Assembly: GCF_000143415.4 (NCBI RefSeq) | Contig: NW_003314263.1 | Coordinates: 1,118,165-1,182,164, forward strand | From: Selaginella moellendorffii | Lineage: Eukaryota > Plantae > Lycopodiophyta | Length of the DNA: 64,000 nucleotides | Direction: 5' to 3' | In this document: piece after piece, positions 11,297 to 23,819 of the stretch | Layout of the letters: each line of letters opens with the position of its first letter | Position numbering within the stretch: the first letter of the stretch is position 1 | Made by a program: the position numbers and the translations under genes | Notes under the pieces: model-generated | Told to the model about the DNA's origin: nothing | The model's input: only the letters and a program-made list of their open reading frames with translations | Databases searched by the model: none

Positions 11297-14200
11297 TCAC
11301 ACACTCGCTAATGGCTTTAGATTTTGGAACTCATCGTCCTGTTTAGCCTGTGAAGAACAAGCCAAAAACAAAACAAAACAAAAAAAAAAAGCGCTTGAAA
11401 AGAGAAGAAAAGCTTGAAAGTTTTTTCTAGTACCTGGATTTGCTGAGAGACTGCTCGCATTCTCGCGTACTGCGCTCTCGCCTCTGGATCGTGAACCATG
11501 TCCTGGACGCGCTGGACTGCCGATTCGATTACGTGCTCCTTTTGTTTCCTTCCCTCTTGGAGAAACTCATCGTCCGCGGCTACTTCGTCCCCTTCCACCA
11601 TCTTCTCCTCCGCCTGGAATCCCCGGAGACCGTGACGTCCTCTGTGCCAACGCAACACAACCTTCTCCAAAACTCCCACGGACCACAAGATCTTCCTGTA
11701 TTGCCGACGAGCCTGGAATCCTCGTACAATAGCCTGCCACCAAAAACAAAGAAAACTTTCAGTTAATGAGATCATGGAAAAGGAGATCGAAAAGCAGCGA
11801 GCAAGCGAGAAAGCAAGAAAAACTTACCTGGATCTTTATGATTCTCTGGCGCGTTTGCAAGTACTCGTGCCGGCCTTTCCACCCCCGAAATTTGGACTGG
11901 ATCTTCGTGGCAGCCGAGTTTTGCTTCTTGATCTTGTGGCCACGGTAAGCTTTCTGGATCTTCTCTGCAGCCATGAGGTACTCTACGTTGTCGCTGTTGA
12001 TGTCTTGTAGTCTAGCTTCTTCTTCCTCTTGCTTCCTACGGAAAGTGAACTCCCGGAACGCCGACTGGATGAGCGCAGCAGCTTGCGTAGCCCGCCGGAC
12101 TGCCGAGAGCGACTGTTTCAGAAAAGTATCGTCGGTGACACATTGGACGTTTTCTCCGGAAAGCAGACGGCTCGCGGCGCTTTCTCCAGCCAGACTAGCA
12201 TTTGTATAATGTATCTCGTTCAGGCTCCCGTCCTTTAGCGTCAGTACCGATAGATGGTGTTCCAGAGATGCTTCCGCCAAGTAGCCCGCAATTCCAGGAT
12301 AGCCACGGCACGAGGCTACATCCGCCGCTGTTTGGCCATTTGGATATGCCGGAGTTGGATCGGTAAGAAGCTCTGGCACCGCTTTGGCTCCAATGAGCGC
12401 TAGAATAACATCCTCCCTGCCAAAGAGAAGAACCAAGAACCATAAGATGCGAAATCGAACTACGCTTACCTTCCAAAGTGCGCAGCCCAATGCAAGGCCG
12501 TCCAGCCATGCAAGTCCCGAAAGTTTACGAGGACACCCGCTGCTAGCAGTGGAGGGATCGCCCAGTCGAAGCCAAGAGCTGAGACGATGTGTATCATTCC
12601 CTGTCCTTCTTTGTCACACACGGAAGGCCCCTTTCCATCTTGTCCGGCACGTCTTATAAGCCATTCTTGCAACTTGAGCCGAGAGAAGACGTCGAAAATG
12701 CTATCTTTGATCTCGTGAGTTGTCCTGGACTTGTCCTTTATAGCAGCTGCAATGGCATCCCACTGTTCCAAGCCCTTCTTGAAGGAGTTGCGAATTTTGT
12801 TGGCGATCGCCTCGTTTACTGCTTGTCTCGGAAGCTCGTCGGAGCATAGCATGCGAACGAACTTCAGCTGAAGCAGGAGATCCTCCGCCTTCAACTCCTT
12901 CTCAGTCGTAGAAGGAGCAGTCTGTGCCTTTCCACGGAACTCGAAGTCCCTGATTTCACTGCATGCTGTTCTATCGTTGCAGGTGATGTAGAATGGAACA
13001 TTTCCAGACGGGTGTGGAGGGCAGATACAACGGAGGACATTGCTCCCAAGTATTTCTGCCCGCGCTTCAACTTCACCGAACATGCAGCACCAATTATGTT
13101 GATGAGGTGACACCAAAAACTGGCCAGTAACAAGAACCTGGAAAATTTACGAGAAAAATAAGAAAACGAGGAATACACAAATTCTCACCTTTGTTTCCGA
13201 GTAAGCGTCTGCCCAGTCCGGTGAAAAATCAACAATTTTAAATTTCTGATCCGACATCTGAATGCTCGGCATCGATTGTTCGTAGGAAGAGGAGAAGTCT
13301 GTGTCGAGTTCTCCTCCTTTGTCCTCGAAAGTGGATGACAACAATGCGTCGGAATCAGACACGGGATCAACCGCAATCTCGTTCATGACCCACCGTCCGA
13401 AACTATCAAGCGAAGATAAGTGATTTAGTTGAGCGGCCTGCAACACAATAAAAGTCATTAGAGATGGCAGGAACTAAAGCATGAAGCGTTACATGGTGAG
13501 AGTCTCCAACAAAACTCAAAGGGCTGTCGGATTTTGCTGCCATATCCTCCTTCACCCTCGGTTCGGGAATAGCAGGTGGTTCAACCAGCGAGTCCAAGTA
13601 CTTTTCACTAGTGTCGGGTCCCTTGCTTTGTTCAAACACCTCTTCCCAAGTTGCAAACTTGAGACTACTGTCCATTGAGTTTTCCGGGTGTTGTTGAACG
13701 GTGTCAACCAAGTTGTCCCAGCCAGCCATGCCATAATCTATATTACCATCGTTGTCTGCAAAAACATGGATCAAATGTTTGCTGCGAGACAACAGTGGCG
13801 TACCTGAAATCCCAAGTAATTCATTGATATCAGTTTTGCTCAAAGGTTGTGCGTTCACGGCTTGTGACTGATCTTGTCGGCCCTTTGACTGTCTAGTCAC
13901 GGTTTGGTTTGTTTGCCGCTTCTGATTTTGATCACTACTTGACAGCTGATCCATCAAGGAGACTGGCCTTCTCTGTCTGTCCATGTCAATGATTTGGACA
14001 TCGTCGGCCTCATCCCCAGAATTCGCACCATCCGCATCTAATGAGTTCGGAGAATTCCCTTCTGGACTCTGAGAGTTCGCAGCTTGTTTTGCGAGCTGCC
14101 GGTCAAGAGATTGGTCGTGCAGCCGAAAGACACTTGACCTGTTTCCCTGAATACAAACACCATCTTAGTCTCCAGTATCGAAGGCAGAGATGAAAAACCT

Positions 14201-14938
14201 GGAGCGCCTCGAGATAGTGAACGAGGACAATATGTTCGTGTGCTCTGCAGAAAAGATAACACTTTCATTCCTTCTTCTACATTAACAATTCTACGCGAGA
14301 CATACCCTTCCAGTAGCCAGTAACTACGACGTTGGAAGTTCATGTTCTCTTCCCCGTGAGCATAGTAGCAATGCAAAGCATTGACGCTGCCTACCTGCGA
14401 CAGGAACACCAAGAAAAATCAAGCACCAAAGACACACGTAGAAGCCACGACCTTTAGACGCTCATGCGCTTCCTTCACAGTTTTCCCATCTTTCTTCTTC
14501 CGCCAGTTGTGACCATCCTTTCGAAAGTACCGCAGCGCTTTGCGATCGAACAGGAACAGGCTTCCACCTGACAAACGGAAAACCTCGATGCTCACTGGAA
14601 AGAGTCAAGCACGAGCTTACTTGGAGGCTGATAAGGCGGAGCCGGGCTGGTCTTCAAGTTAATCTCGGTATAGCTTCGTAAAACCTCGCAAATTTCCGGA
14701 GGGCGCAGCCATCGCGACTGTGCGTCGCGGACAATCTGCCTCAAATCTACAACCAGGGAGGAGGAGAATGAGCGATAGAGAAAGCCCCATGCGTTTCAGC
14801 TCGAGAGAAGCATTCCAATCGCAGCAATCACTGCCAATCGGAGAATGCGACACACAACAGCACAGCGCTCGATCGATTCGTCTTACCGAGCTGCGGCGGA
14901 GGCTGCTGGACAATTTGCGGGCGATCGCCTGCCGCCAT
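11297..14938 (-). CDS. CAMTA: Calmodulin-binding transcription activator (CG-1, TIG, ankyrin, IQ and CaM-binding domains)
   Basis: CG-1 (LFDRKALRYFRKDGHNWRKKKDGKTVKEAHERLK; LHCYYAHGEENMNFQRRSYWLL), SLDSFGRW, DFSPDW TIG, GWTALHWAAHFGR ankyrin, IQ motifs and WSVGVLEKVVLRW. Confidence 0.95.
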
Positions 14939-15079
14939 AAACCCTAGCTCCTCGTCCTGGCGCAAGCGCAAAAAGGAGAGAGGGGAGAAATGTTTCTATG
15001 CTCTACGGACAATAAGCGTTCGTACGGGCTTTTGATGGTCACTTTTCCGCAGGCCCACGTTTGACTAGAGTCGGAGATT

Positions 15080-17050
15080 TTCTAGTTTTAGCAGGCTTGA
15101 TCGAATTTAGATAGCCAACATTTGCAAATTTCTTGATCGATCATGGGCACATTTAAAGAAATATTGCTAAGTGATACCACTTGGAACATAGATCTTCTTC
15201 TGTTAGCCAGAATTCTAATAGGCCCATGGGGAAAGTCAACGGTCGTCAATAACCCTAAAATTTCAAGCTTGCTCTCTGGTGTTCCATTAATTTCCTCTCT
15301 CTCATCCAGCTTCCACAAGATTCCATCCAGGCTATGATTTTTTCGGATGCAGTTGGTTGCGCATTGGCTGCGCTGCCTGATCCACGACCTTTGCTCCTTG
15401 AGATTCTCTGATCTTATTCTTCTCACTAGCTCGCGAGCAAGACTCAGATCGGGCCTCAATCGCCAAAGCCATGGATCATCACGATGTGAGATTGGCTGAT
15501 CAAGAACGAGAAGCGTCGTCCCCCGAGATGATATGTTTCTTGTTTCCAATCCAATGTGGAGTGAGGTGAGGAGGTCTCGGGTTTAGACTTCTAGAGAATC
15601 AGGATTCTTCCTCTGTTTTCTACTAGCAAGCACTGAGGTGAACTTTTGACAGGGGCATAATTCTCATTTCTCGGATTAACAATGCTTTTTCTTTTCTTTT
15701 CTGGCTGCTCAAATCCATGAGTGAAGCACCAGTGAAGTGATCCTTGGCCTTCTTCCGCTTTATGACTTCCTGAACTCTCCTTTTGATTGACAGATGCCCT
15801 TGCCTTGCCGGCAATTATGATCAACTATGCCATCGGTTAAAGTTTGATGAGCAGAAGAGGGCCAAAGGATCACCCAAGTTCCACGGGTAGCCAATCTGGA
15901 TTTCTTGCGTTCTTCATTGCCAGTGTTGGGGATCGGGAGCGCTAGCTGTGTTCTCCCATTTCCTCTTTCTTCCAGAAGATTCATCCAGGCCATATAAGCC
16001 CACATTGTCTCTCCCTTTCTTGCGTTGCGAGGAAAGGGCTGGTGCTTTGTCAATGTTGCATTAGTTCGCCACAAGAGGAACCTCCGATCATGGCAATGAG
16101 GAACAGAGGCGGGAGGCAAATAATCCGGATTCTTTGCCTCCCCCATTGTTCCTCACTCCCAGCCTTGGACTGCTCCTTGGTCTTGGTCGAATTTCTTCTC
16201 CTTCTCACTAGGCGCATCCCAGCGCGCAAGACTCAATCGCCAAAGCCCCTGTTCTTGGGCTCATGTGAGATTGGCTGATCAAAAACGAGAAGCGTCGAGT
16301 GTGTAAGCTCTTTTTCTTGTTTTCAATCCGATGTTTGCCTTTTTCTTGCTTCTGTTCGTCACAGCGTCCATGAATCTCAGTCCACGCTAACTCGTCAAGA
16401 ACCCTAAATTTTGAAACTTGATTTCGCTCGTGCCTGCATTGGCATCTGCATAGCCAAGGTCTCTCACTCATAGCCCTTTCCGCGCAACATGTAAGAAGTA
16501 GTAGCATTGAATGCTTGCAGCCTTGCACAGGTTTTTAATTATACTACCATGATCAACTGTGCGATCAACGTGGGAGCATTTTAGGAAGTTCAGAACACGG
16601 TGAGCTCCACTGGATCTGGAGATGGCAGTGGTGCCGCTGGGGTTTGCCGCAAAATGATCGGGAGGATCTTTTGGCTCCCTCCCTCGGAGGTCAGAAGACT
16701 GCCTGATCACCTTGAGACCAAGGATAGACACTTATCTCAATTGAATAATTCCCTGCTTATATCTCACTAGGCGCATAGCCCTTGATCATCACGCTTCTTG
16801 CAATTGCGCATGGCTAGAAGCGTAGAGTGTGGTGATCGAGGTGACCTCGTTTTCTCATGTGGCCTCAAGAATCGCTTCATTTTCAGATTCCTGGCCAAGC
16901 GTTTAGAAGTACACATGGTTCTTCTTCTATCTTCGAGCCAGTGTAGAAGTGGGAGTGATGGCTGATATTGTATGGGACGATCATGGCTTGCTGCTAAGAA
17001 AGGGGCGATCTTATTTCTCCGATGCTTAGCTTGATCCATCACTTCCTTGT
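15080..17050 (-). repeat. Degenerate tandem repeat of about three units, unidentified, without a convincing gene
   Basis: The motif (t/a)tctcactag(g)c recurs at ~15420, 16203 and 16762, and atgtgagattggctgatcaa..acgagaagcgtcg recurs at ~15484 and 16264. Confidence 0.45.
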
Positions 17051-17224
17051 CGTAGCAGCAAGACGAAACGTCGTTCTTCTAACAAGAGCTCGGTTGGAGC
17101 TGAGAAGCCATGGAAGTGGACATTTCACTGTGATCGAGCTAAAGAGGAGCCAGCGATGGTGGCGACGATTTGTGATCTTTAGGCCTTGGCGGAGCACGGA
17201 CTCTTGCCACATGGAGACCTGGCG

Positions 17225-17621
17225 TTAACGCTCGCCAAGGCAAGAGCACTAGCAAGCTCAAAAGACTGCTGCTTGATCCCAACCAGAATCTCCAAGTTAG
17301 TGAGAAAGAAGAAATTTGACTAGAAACTCAGAGAATGTCAAGGAATAAGCTCTCAAGGTCGAGGATCAAGCAATTCAATCAACAAAATGATACTGCAGTG
17401 ATTGTTGCGACTCTCGAGCGCCAGCTGTGACCTGGTTTTAAGATGGAGATTAACGCCTTCACAGACGCCTCCTCCACATCCTGATCACTGACCACTTCCA
17501 TGCCGGCCCTCCAATTTCCAGGGAGAAATCCAGCATGCTGTGGGGAGTAGGAGATCGTCCAAGTTGAAAATGGTGAAGCTGCTGATACGTAAGCCTTAGC
17601 TCTTGCCTTGGCGAGCGTTAA
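17225..17621. mobile_element. Candidate MITE bounded by a perfect 23-bp inverted repeat
   Basis: ttaacgctcgccaaggcaagagc (17225-17247) has its exact reverse complement at 17599-17621. Confidence 0.45.
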
Positions 17622-18800
17622 ATTTTCCTTTGTTTTGGTTTTTTACCTGGATGACGATCGCGAGACTTGGACTGTGAGTATAAAGAGAAATCTTTAGTCC
17701 ATCTTGATTGTTTCTTGTGATTTTTTTTCACATGATTGTTTCTTGATTTCACAGGCAAGGTGTTGCTCAACAAGTATTGTCCGATTCATGGAGGAGATTG
17801 TTTAGGGTTTAGGGTTTAGTCACATGGAAGGAACATGGTAACAAGAGTCAATTCTTGAAGAAATAGAATAGATTTATTCTTTGGTAGCGTATGTGAAACA
17901 AGGGACCTACAGCTACTGAATAAAATGATCCATCCCACGCTGGTGAGCGAGCTGCAAGGACCAAGATCCACGCCGCCATCGCCGCCAAGAGACCTGTAAA
18001 TTTCACAGCTCGACCTGTGACCAGAAGCTTGCCCTCATTGCCTTGCTCGTAACTCGCAACTCAGTGTGCTGTACGCTTTTTGAGCACCACCTTGCAAATC
18101 AATGAATGCACATCGTAAAGCCTGGATGAACTGGGAGTGTCTCACGCCGGAGTCGAGAAATCTCATGCCTCGTGTGGAAGTCCGGCGTCCTACCTCGAGC
18201 AAAACATTCGTTATCTAAGATTTTCTCTGACAAGCCCGCTCTACAGGACCAAAGCGAAAGAGAAGTTCTCACAAACTTTTTCTTTACACAGTCCCGGATC
18301 CATGAATCACTAACCAGATCGATCAAGAGAAGGGAAAATGGGAAAAAAGAATTTTGGCCAGTATGCATTGCTTGTCACTAAGGTTTTTCAAAATATTCAG
18401 AGGATGCAGCCCGGGGCGCCATGCGGAGCTCGTGTATGGTGGTGATACTTGTGTGATGGCTGCTAGAGAGATGGCCTCGATTAAGTTGGATGAGTACAAA
18501 GGCTCGAGATTTGCCGCAATGCCAGGCTTTCCTCCTCAAGCAGTTCCAAGCTCTCCATAAGAAACTCGTGATCAATGTACTGTGGACAACAAACTAGGAC
18601 AGCCTGCTTGCCATCTTTATTCCTTGGCTGCTTCGAATTCATCTTAGAAGATCATCGCGAGCTTGTGTAAAGAGGTGACCAAGGACTTCACGACCTTCCA
18701 GAGAACTTTCAAGAACAAGGCAAGAAACAGACATGAAACATCACCTTTCTCAAAAACCTCGTTGAAAGAAAGCGGCATATTCTTATTTTGATCTTTCATC

Positions 18801-21641
18801 TTAGCATCTGTTCTTGTTACCGTGGTAACAAGCATAGCCTACGTGAACAGTGGCCAACCGTCGTTTAACGCGAAGGATCGCGACCTTAATCTTCATCATA
18901 TCCAGCGTGGTGATGGCTTGTCCCCCTTGCAACGGACACCCCGACCGCATGAACATGTGACAGCGCTGCCGCTTGGACAGGAGACCCATTACCACGGGGT
19001 AAGCATTCGCGACCACCGCAAACTCGGCCATGGATCCCCGGCCTCTCTTCTTGCTCGCCGCCGTCGTCCCACTGTTAGTTCCACAAGCCTTCTGGAACCT
19101 TTCATCAGTGTATATGTCTATCAGCTCGTAGACCTGATCTTCCTTTGCTTCCAGCAGCTTGCCAATCCTCGTCACGAACTCCTTGCTCGCTTGATCCACA
19201 ACTCTTCCGTCCCGGAAGATGGCGTTCCTCATCGCCTGGAGAGCTTGCTCGTAACTCGCCACACTCAGTGTGCCAGGAGATCGGATCCATGCGTCCATCT
19301 CCCTCCACCTCTCCATGGTCACATCTTCCAGAAAATGGACGCTGGCCGCAGGTTTCCAGGGCAAGCGAAGCGGACAACGCTTCTTGAGCAGCACCTTGCC
19401 TGTGAAAGAAGAAAAGAATTCAATCAAGCTTTCCAGGGATGGATATGGATACTCACAGTCTCGGATCCAAGTCTCACGATCGTGAGCCACATCCAGGAAA
19501 TCCCCGAGCACCACCTACGAAAAAACAAAGAAAACTTTAATACTCGCTCTGAAAGGCAAGACCTGGAATGAATGCAAAACTTACGTTAACCATCAACTTC
19601 ACCACCGTATCCACTGGGTGCTCGTCAACTTGGACGATCAGCTTACCATTGATAGTCCCCAGCTCTTCCGCCTCCAAGATCTGTGACGTGGTGGATTCGT
19701 CCCACGCCACCGCACGGCACAGCAGCACGAACGAGACGCTAAGCTCGGCGCCAAAAACCACGGCAGCCGCGTCATGGAGCTTGCGCTTGTCGTCCTCGTT
19801 CCCTTCCAGCGTCTGCTTGACGTGCTCCACGAAATCCTTGCTCGTGGAGCAACACAGGGACTGGAGCCGCGCGTGGTCCCTGGCACCTCTCTTGGTCCTC
19901 ATCCAGTTGTGGACAAGACGGCCGAGGAGCTCGCTCGCGTCGACGGGGTAGAAGGCTCGCTTCCTCCGGCGGGAATGATGGTAGGACCGCGAGTGGTCTC
20001 GAAACCAGTGGTCGAAGTGACAATGACTGCCGTATACGTGATCATCACCAATCGTATCATGTGCAGCTATGAGCTCCTGCAAGGACAACAAACAAAGAGT
20101 TCGGACACCGCCTCTTATGAACTGAGATACCACAGTACCTCGAGCATCTGCAGCGCACCAGGCAATACGTTTGTCAACTTCCATTCGATCCTGACCAGGC
20201 TGCTGCTCAAGCTGTCGTGGATTTGTCTCAGCCTCGCTAAGCTAGCACGATCTGGCTGATCCTCGTAATCGAAGTTGTCCAGGAGAAACAAGAAAAGCTT
20301 CTCCACTTGTTGTCCGTGGCCACCAGCGGTGGCGGTGCCGGCTAGAGCTTGGCTCTCTAGTCGCGTGAGCCAAACGAGGGATTTCTTGTTGCGCCCGAGC
20401 TGAAGTAGCAGCCAGCAGTAGACGAGTTCCAGCAAGATCTTGGTCACGTCGAAAAGATCCAGCAAGTCGCCTTGGGGTGTTTTGCCATGAAAAAAACGAG
20501 CCATCACGCTCGCAGATCCTGGATAAGGTTAACTCTCAAGAAAAGAAGAATCCGACTCTCCAAAACGTACGTGTTAGACGCACCAGTGTCTCCTCTTGAT
20601 CCTCCCACTCAGTCGTCGTAGCATCCGCGGCCATCAACTGGATGGACAGTAGAAGGCAAAAGAAATCAAACAAGATGAAGTTCCAAAACACTCACTCACC
20701 TCGTCCAGCTTGGACAAGAGGTAGTTGCAGCACAGGAACTCGGAGCAAAGTGGCAAATCCTGGCGCCCATCGCTGGAAGGATCCTGCTGCTGGCGCTGGA
20801 AGAAATAAGCGTTGGCGATGAAGAGACGCAAGACGGCATCGGGCACCGGAGCGTGCAATATGTGGAAGATGACCGCGCTCCAGATGCTACACTTGAGGTC
20901 CGAGACCGTGCCGCCATGGATCCACCCCGCGTCGTCCAAGAACCACGACTCTGTGGGATGATCCACGATCCCATCCTCCTCAACCTGCAAGCCATGGCGA
21001 TCGAAGAGGAGGCGGACAAGAGACATGACGCGCCTTCCCAGATTGCTGCGGAAGAAATCTGTGAGGCGGGCACCCACCGCCGGATTCCATCCAGCCGCCC
21101 CTGGCCACATCCCTAAGGATTGCTCGAGTCCCCGCACGTTTAAATCTTTGTACGTAGGGATTTCGTACATTTCCATCTGCCGTACACAGTCGTACAATGC
21201 CAACGTATTTTGTACGGATGGGTACGGCAGGGGACTTGCGAGGACTTTTCTGGAAACAAGTAAATCGATCCGAGCTTTTATGTGGCGATCTCGAGTGCGA
21301 TTCCACCTAGTGTTGCGGAACGTAAATGTCCAGGGAATGAAGAGAGCGACAGCCAGAGCGTGGCTTACCAAGAGGGACTGCTTGAAAAGTCTAGAAGCTC
21401 GAGTGGTGATCTAGGCACAGCATGCTCGCAACCGTGAGGCACAGCTGAAAAAGAGCAAAAGGGATTTAGTGAGGCAAGACACAGCAGGTTGGTCTTCTAA
21501 TCTGACCATAAAAGCCAAGCTAGCCTCGATGCGCTCTGAACCTTGAGAGGCCTGTACCATCGTTGTCTGAAGCTCCAAAGCTTCTTGAGCCCCGTAGTCA
21601 TGCCAGCTTGCACTTTGCATCCTCATTGCAAGATGATCCAT
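18801..21641 (-). CDS. Uncharacterised multi-exon protein, 'family X' copy A (apparently intact, roughly 750-800 aa)
   Basis: Consecutive GT-AG-bounded exons join in frame (…WNRTRDRHIK…SKLDE | LMAADATT…RLT | RSASVMARFFHGK…QMLE | ELIAAHD…LMVN | VVLGDF…RDC | KVLLKKR…YACYHGNKNRC). Paralogs preserve the same frames. The 5'-most two exons are less certain. Confidence 0.65.
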
Positions 21642-22702
21642 AAGGTCATACTTATTCGTAATGGCCCATACACGTCATACATGTCCTATGTAAGATGCCC
21701 TTACCATAAGGTTCATTAGGGTTTAGCTCTGCAGTGCCATGTCAATGTAGGGTTTATGCACGAAAGGTAAGTATTGGTGGCTTCACCTATGATGCTAAAT
21801 CTGCTGATTTGCAGCCAGTCCACTTGAATCCATGGCTTGACAATTGCCTTGGCTCCTACACGCAACTAGAGAACTTCACAATGAGCAAGGCGCCTTGTAG
21901 CATTGTAATGATCTTCTTAGTTTTGTAATAGTGACTTAAGCAATTGTTTTGCATAATCAAAAGTTTGTGACCAAAATATTCAATCCCTCCTGCTCCATCT
22001 TCTACAAATAAAAGCCACTTTCGCACACTCAACGTTCTAAGAATGGAGCCATACTTAATAATGTTATACATGTTTTTGTGGAGTTTTACTAACTTTGTGA
22101 AAGACTCAAATGACTTGCTTCCAGATACTAAACTATACTAAAACCATATAATATGCTATAGAATAAAATCGTGACATAATAACAAACTCGTTGCATAGCT
22201 TAGAGAAGATTTTAGATGGCAAGAGTATAAAAGCCTTCACTTTCCATCTTTTGCACAAAATTGAACCACCACTCTTAAAATTGCTATGAGGACCATTTCC
22301 ATTACTTGAAAGAGGACTGAAATATGAATTGCCATGAAAATTCTTTATACAATAGTCTTTTTTATAGTTTCCTATCAATGAGTTTCTTGTAACTTGGTAG
22401 CAACTACAGAGATAATCTAACTAACAACCCACAACATTAGAAGGACATACTAAACACAATTATATTAATGTAAAAAACATTGTTACTAAGTTTTGATAGA
22501 GAAAACACTATAATGTGGCAATTTGTATAGCCCATCAATTAATTCATTATATACATGGGATGGGGTTATTATATACTATCAAAATGGAATGAAAGCCATA
22601 AAAAAAATGGTGTGCAAGAGGAAAGAATATTTTTTGGTAAGAGAAAATTCACTTAGTTAAAACTTATAAGACCCCACATGTGATGTATGCATGAAAAGTT
22701 AT

Positions 22703-22985
22703 GTTTTTGGTTTGCCTAAGCAAAACTTATAGGGATGATAATGGATATACCTAGAATATGCTTAGATATTCTAGGATATTCTACTATCTAACGGTTGTTA
22801 TTCATTTAGATTAATTTTGTATTTATAATTTATAAGCTTTCCTAAACACTTCCTAGTATATTCTTTTTTATTCTACCATTTAATGGTTAATATACAATAA
22901 GATTAATTTTGATTTATAAATAATAAACAGATTTATAATTATTGATCAATTAGATTATTCAATGATACTATTAAGCAAACCACAA
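22703..22985 (+). repeat. Isolated copy of the TIR-like sequence found at 45-360
   Basis: gtttttggtttgcctaagcaaa…tatacctagaatatgcttagatattctaggatat…tattaagcaaacca aligns with 48-353. Confidence 0.7.
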
Positions 22986-23819
22986 ATTGTACGCAGAAAA
23001 TTATTTACAAATTGCATACAAAAACAACACAAGAAACAATTACACCACCTCTGATGGGATAACTGGTTTTTGAGAGCTTGTGTTGACTTGCTTGTAACTG
23101 GCCATTCAGTGTGCTGGACGCTTTTTGAGCAGCACCATCGTACAGCCCGCATGAACTGGGAGTGTCGGAGTCAAGAAGACTCGGAGCTTCTCATGCCTCA
23201 TGGCTTCTGCAAGTCCGGCATCATCCAGAAGTCCTCCCTTGAGCAAAACTTTCGTTGTCTAAGATTTTCTGTGACAAGCCCGCTCTACAGGACCAAAGCG
23301 AAAGAGAAGTTCTCACAATTTTCTCTTTACACAGTCCCGGATCCATGCCTTGCTGAACTTCGTCTCTTTGGTTTTCGCTAACCAAGATCGATCAAGAGAA
23401 GGGAAAATGGGAAAAAAGAATTCTGGCTAGGCTTGTCACTAAGTTTTTTTCAAAATATGGACGGATTTGAGACCTTGTAGCTCATATTGGGGCGCCATGC
23501 CCGGGCTCGTGTACATGGTGGTGATACTTGTGTGATGGCTGCTATAGTTTGTTGTCCACAGTACATTGATCACGAGTTTCTTATGGAGGTCTTGGAACTG
23601 CTTGAGCGGCATTGCGGCAAATCAACTACAGTCTGTGCTTCGAATTCATCTCAGACGATCACTATAAAGCAGTGACCAAGGACTTAACGATCTTCCAGAG
23701 AACTTTCAAGAACAAGAACAAGGAGAGAAACAGATATGACACATCACCTTTCTCGAAAACCTTCTTTTGAGACGTCGAAAGAAAGTGGCATATTCTTATT
23801 TTGATCAATCACTTCCACC

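Noticed and set aside
18822-19571. Long antisense ORFs conserved among family X copies (also 23841-24782 and 38905-39762)
   Set aside because: Conservation follows from recent duplication. Splice signals support the opposite strand.
20880-20960. WFLDD motif suggesting a microbial-type terpene synthase in family X
   Set aside because: There is no DDxxD with a matching NSE/DTE motif, and the length and exon structure do not fit.
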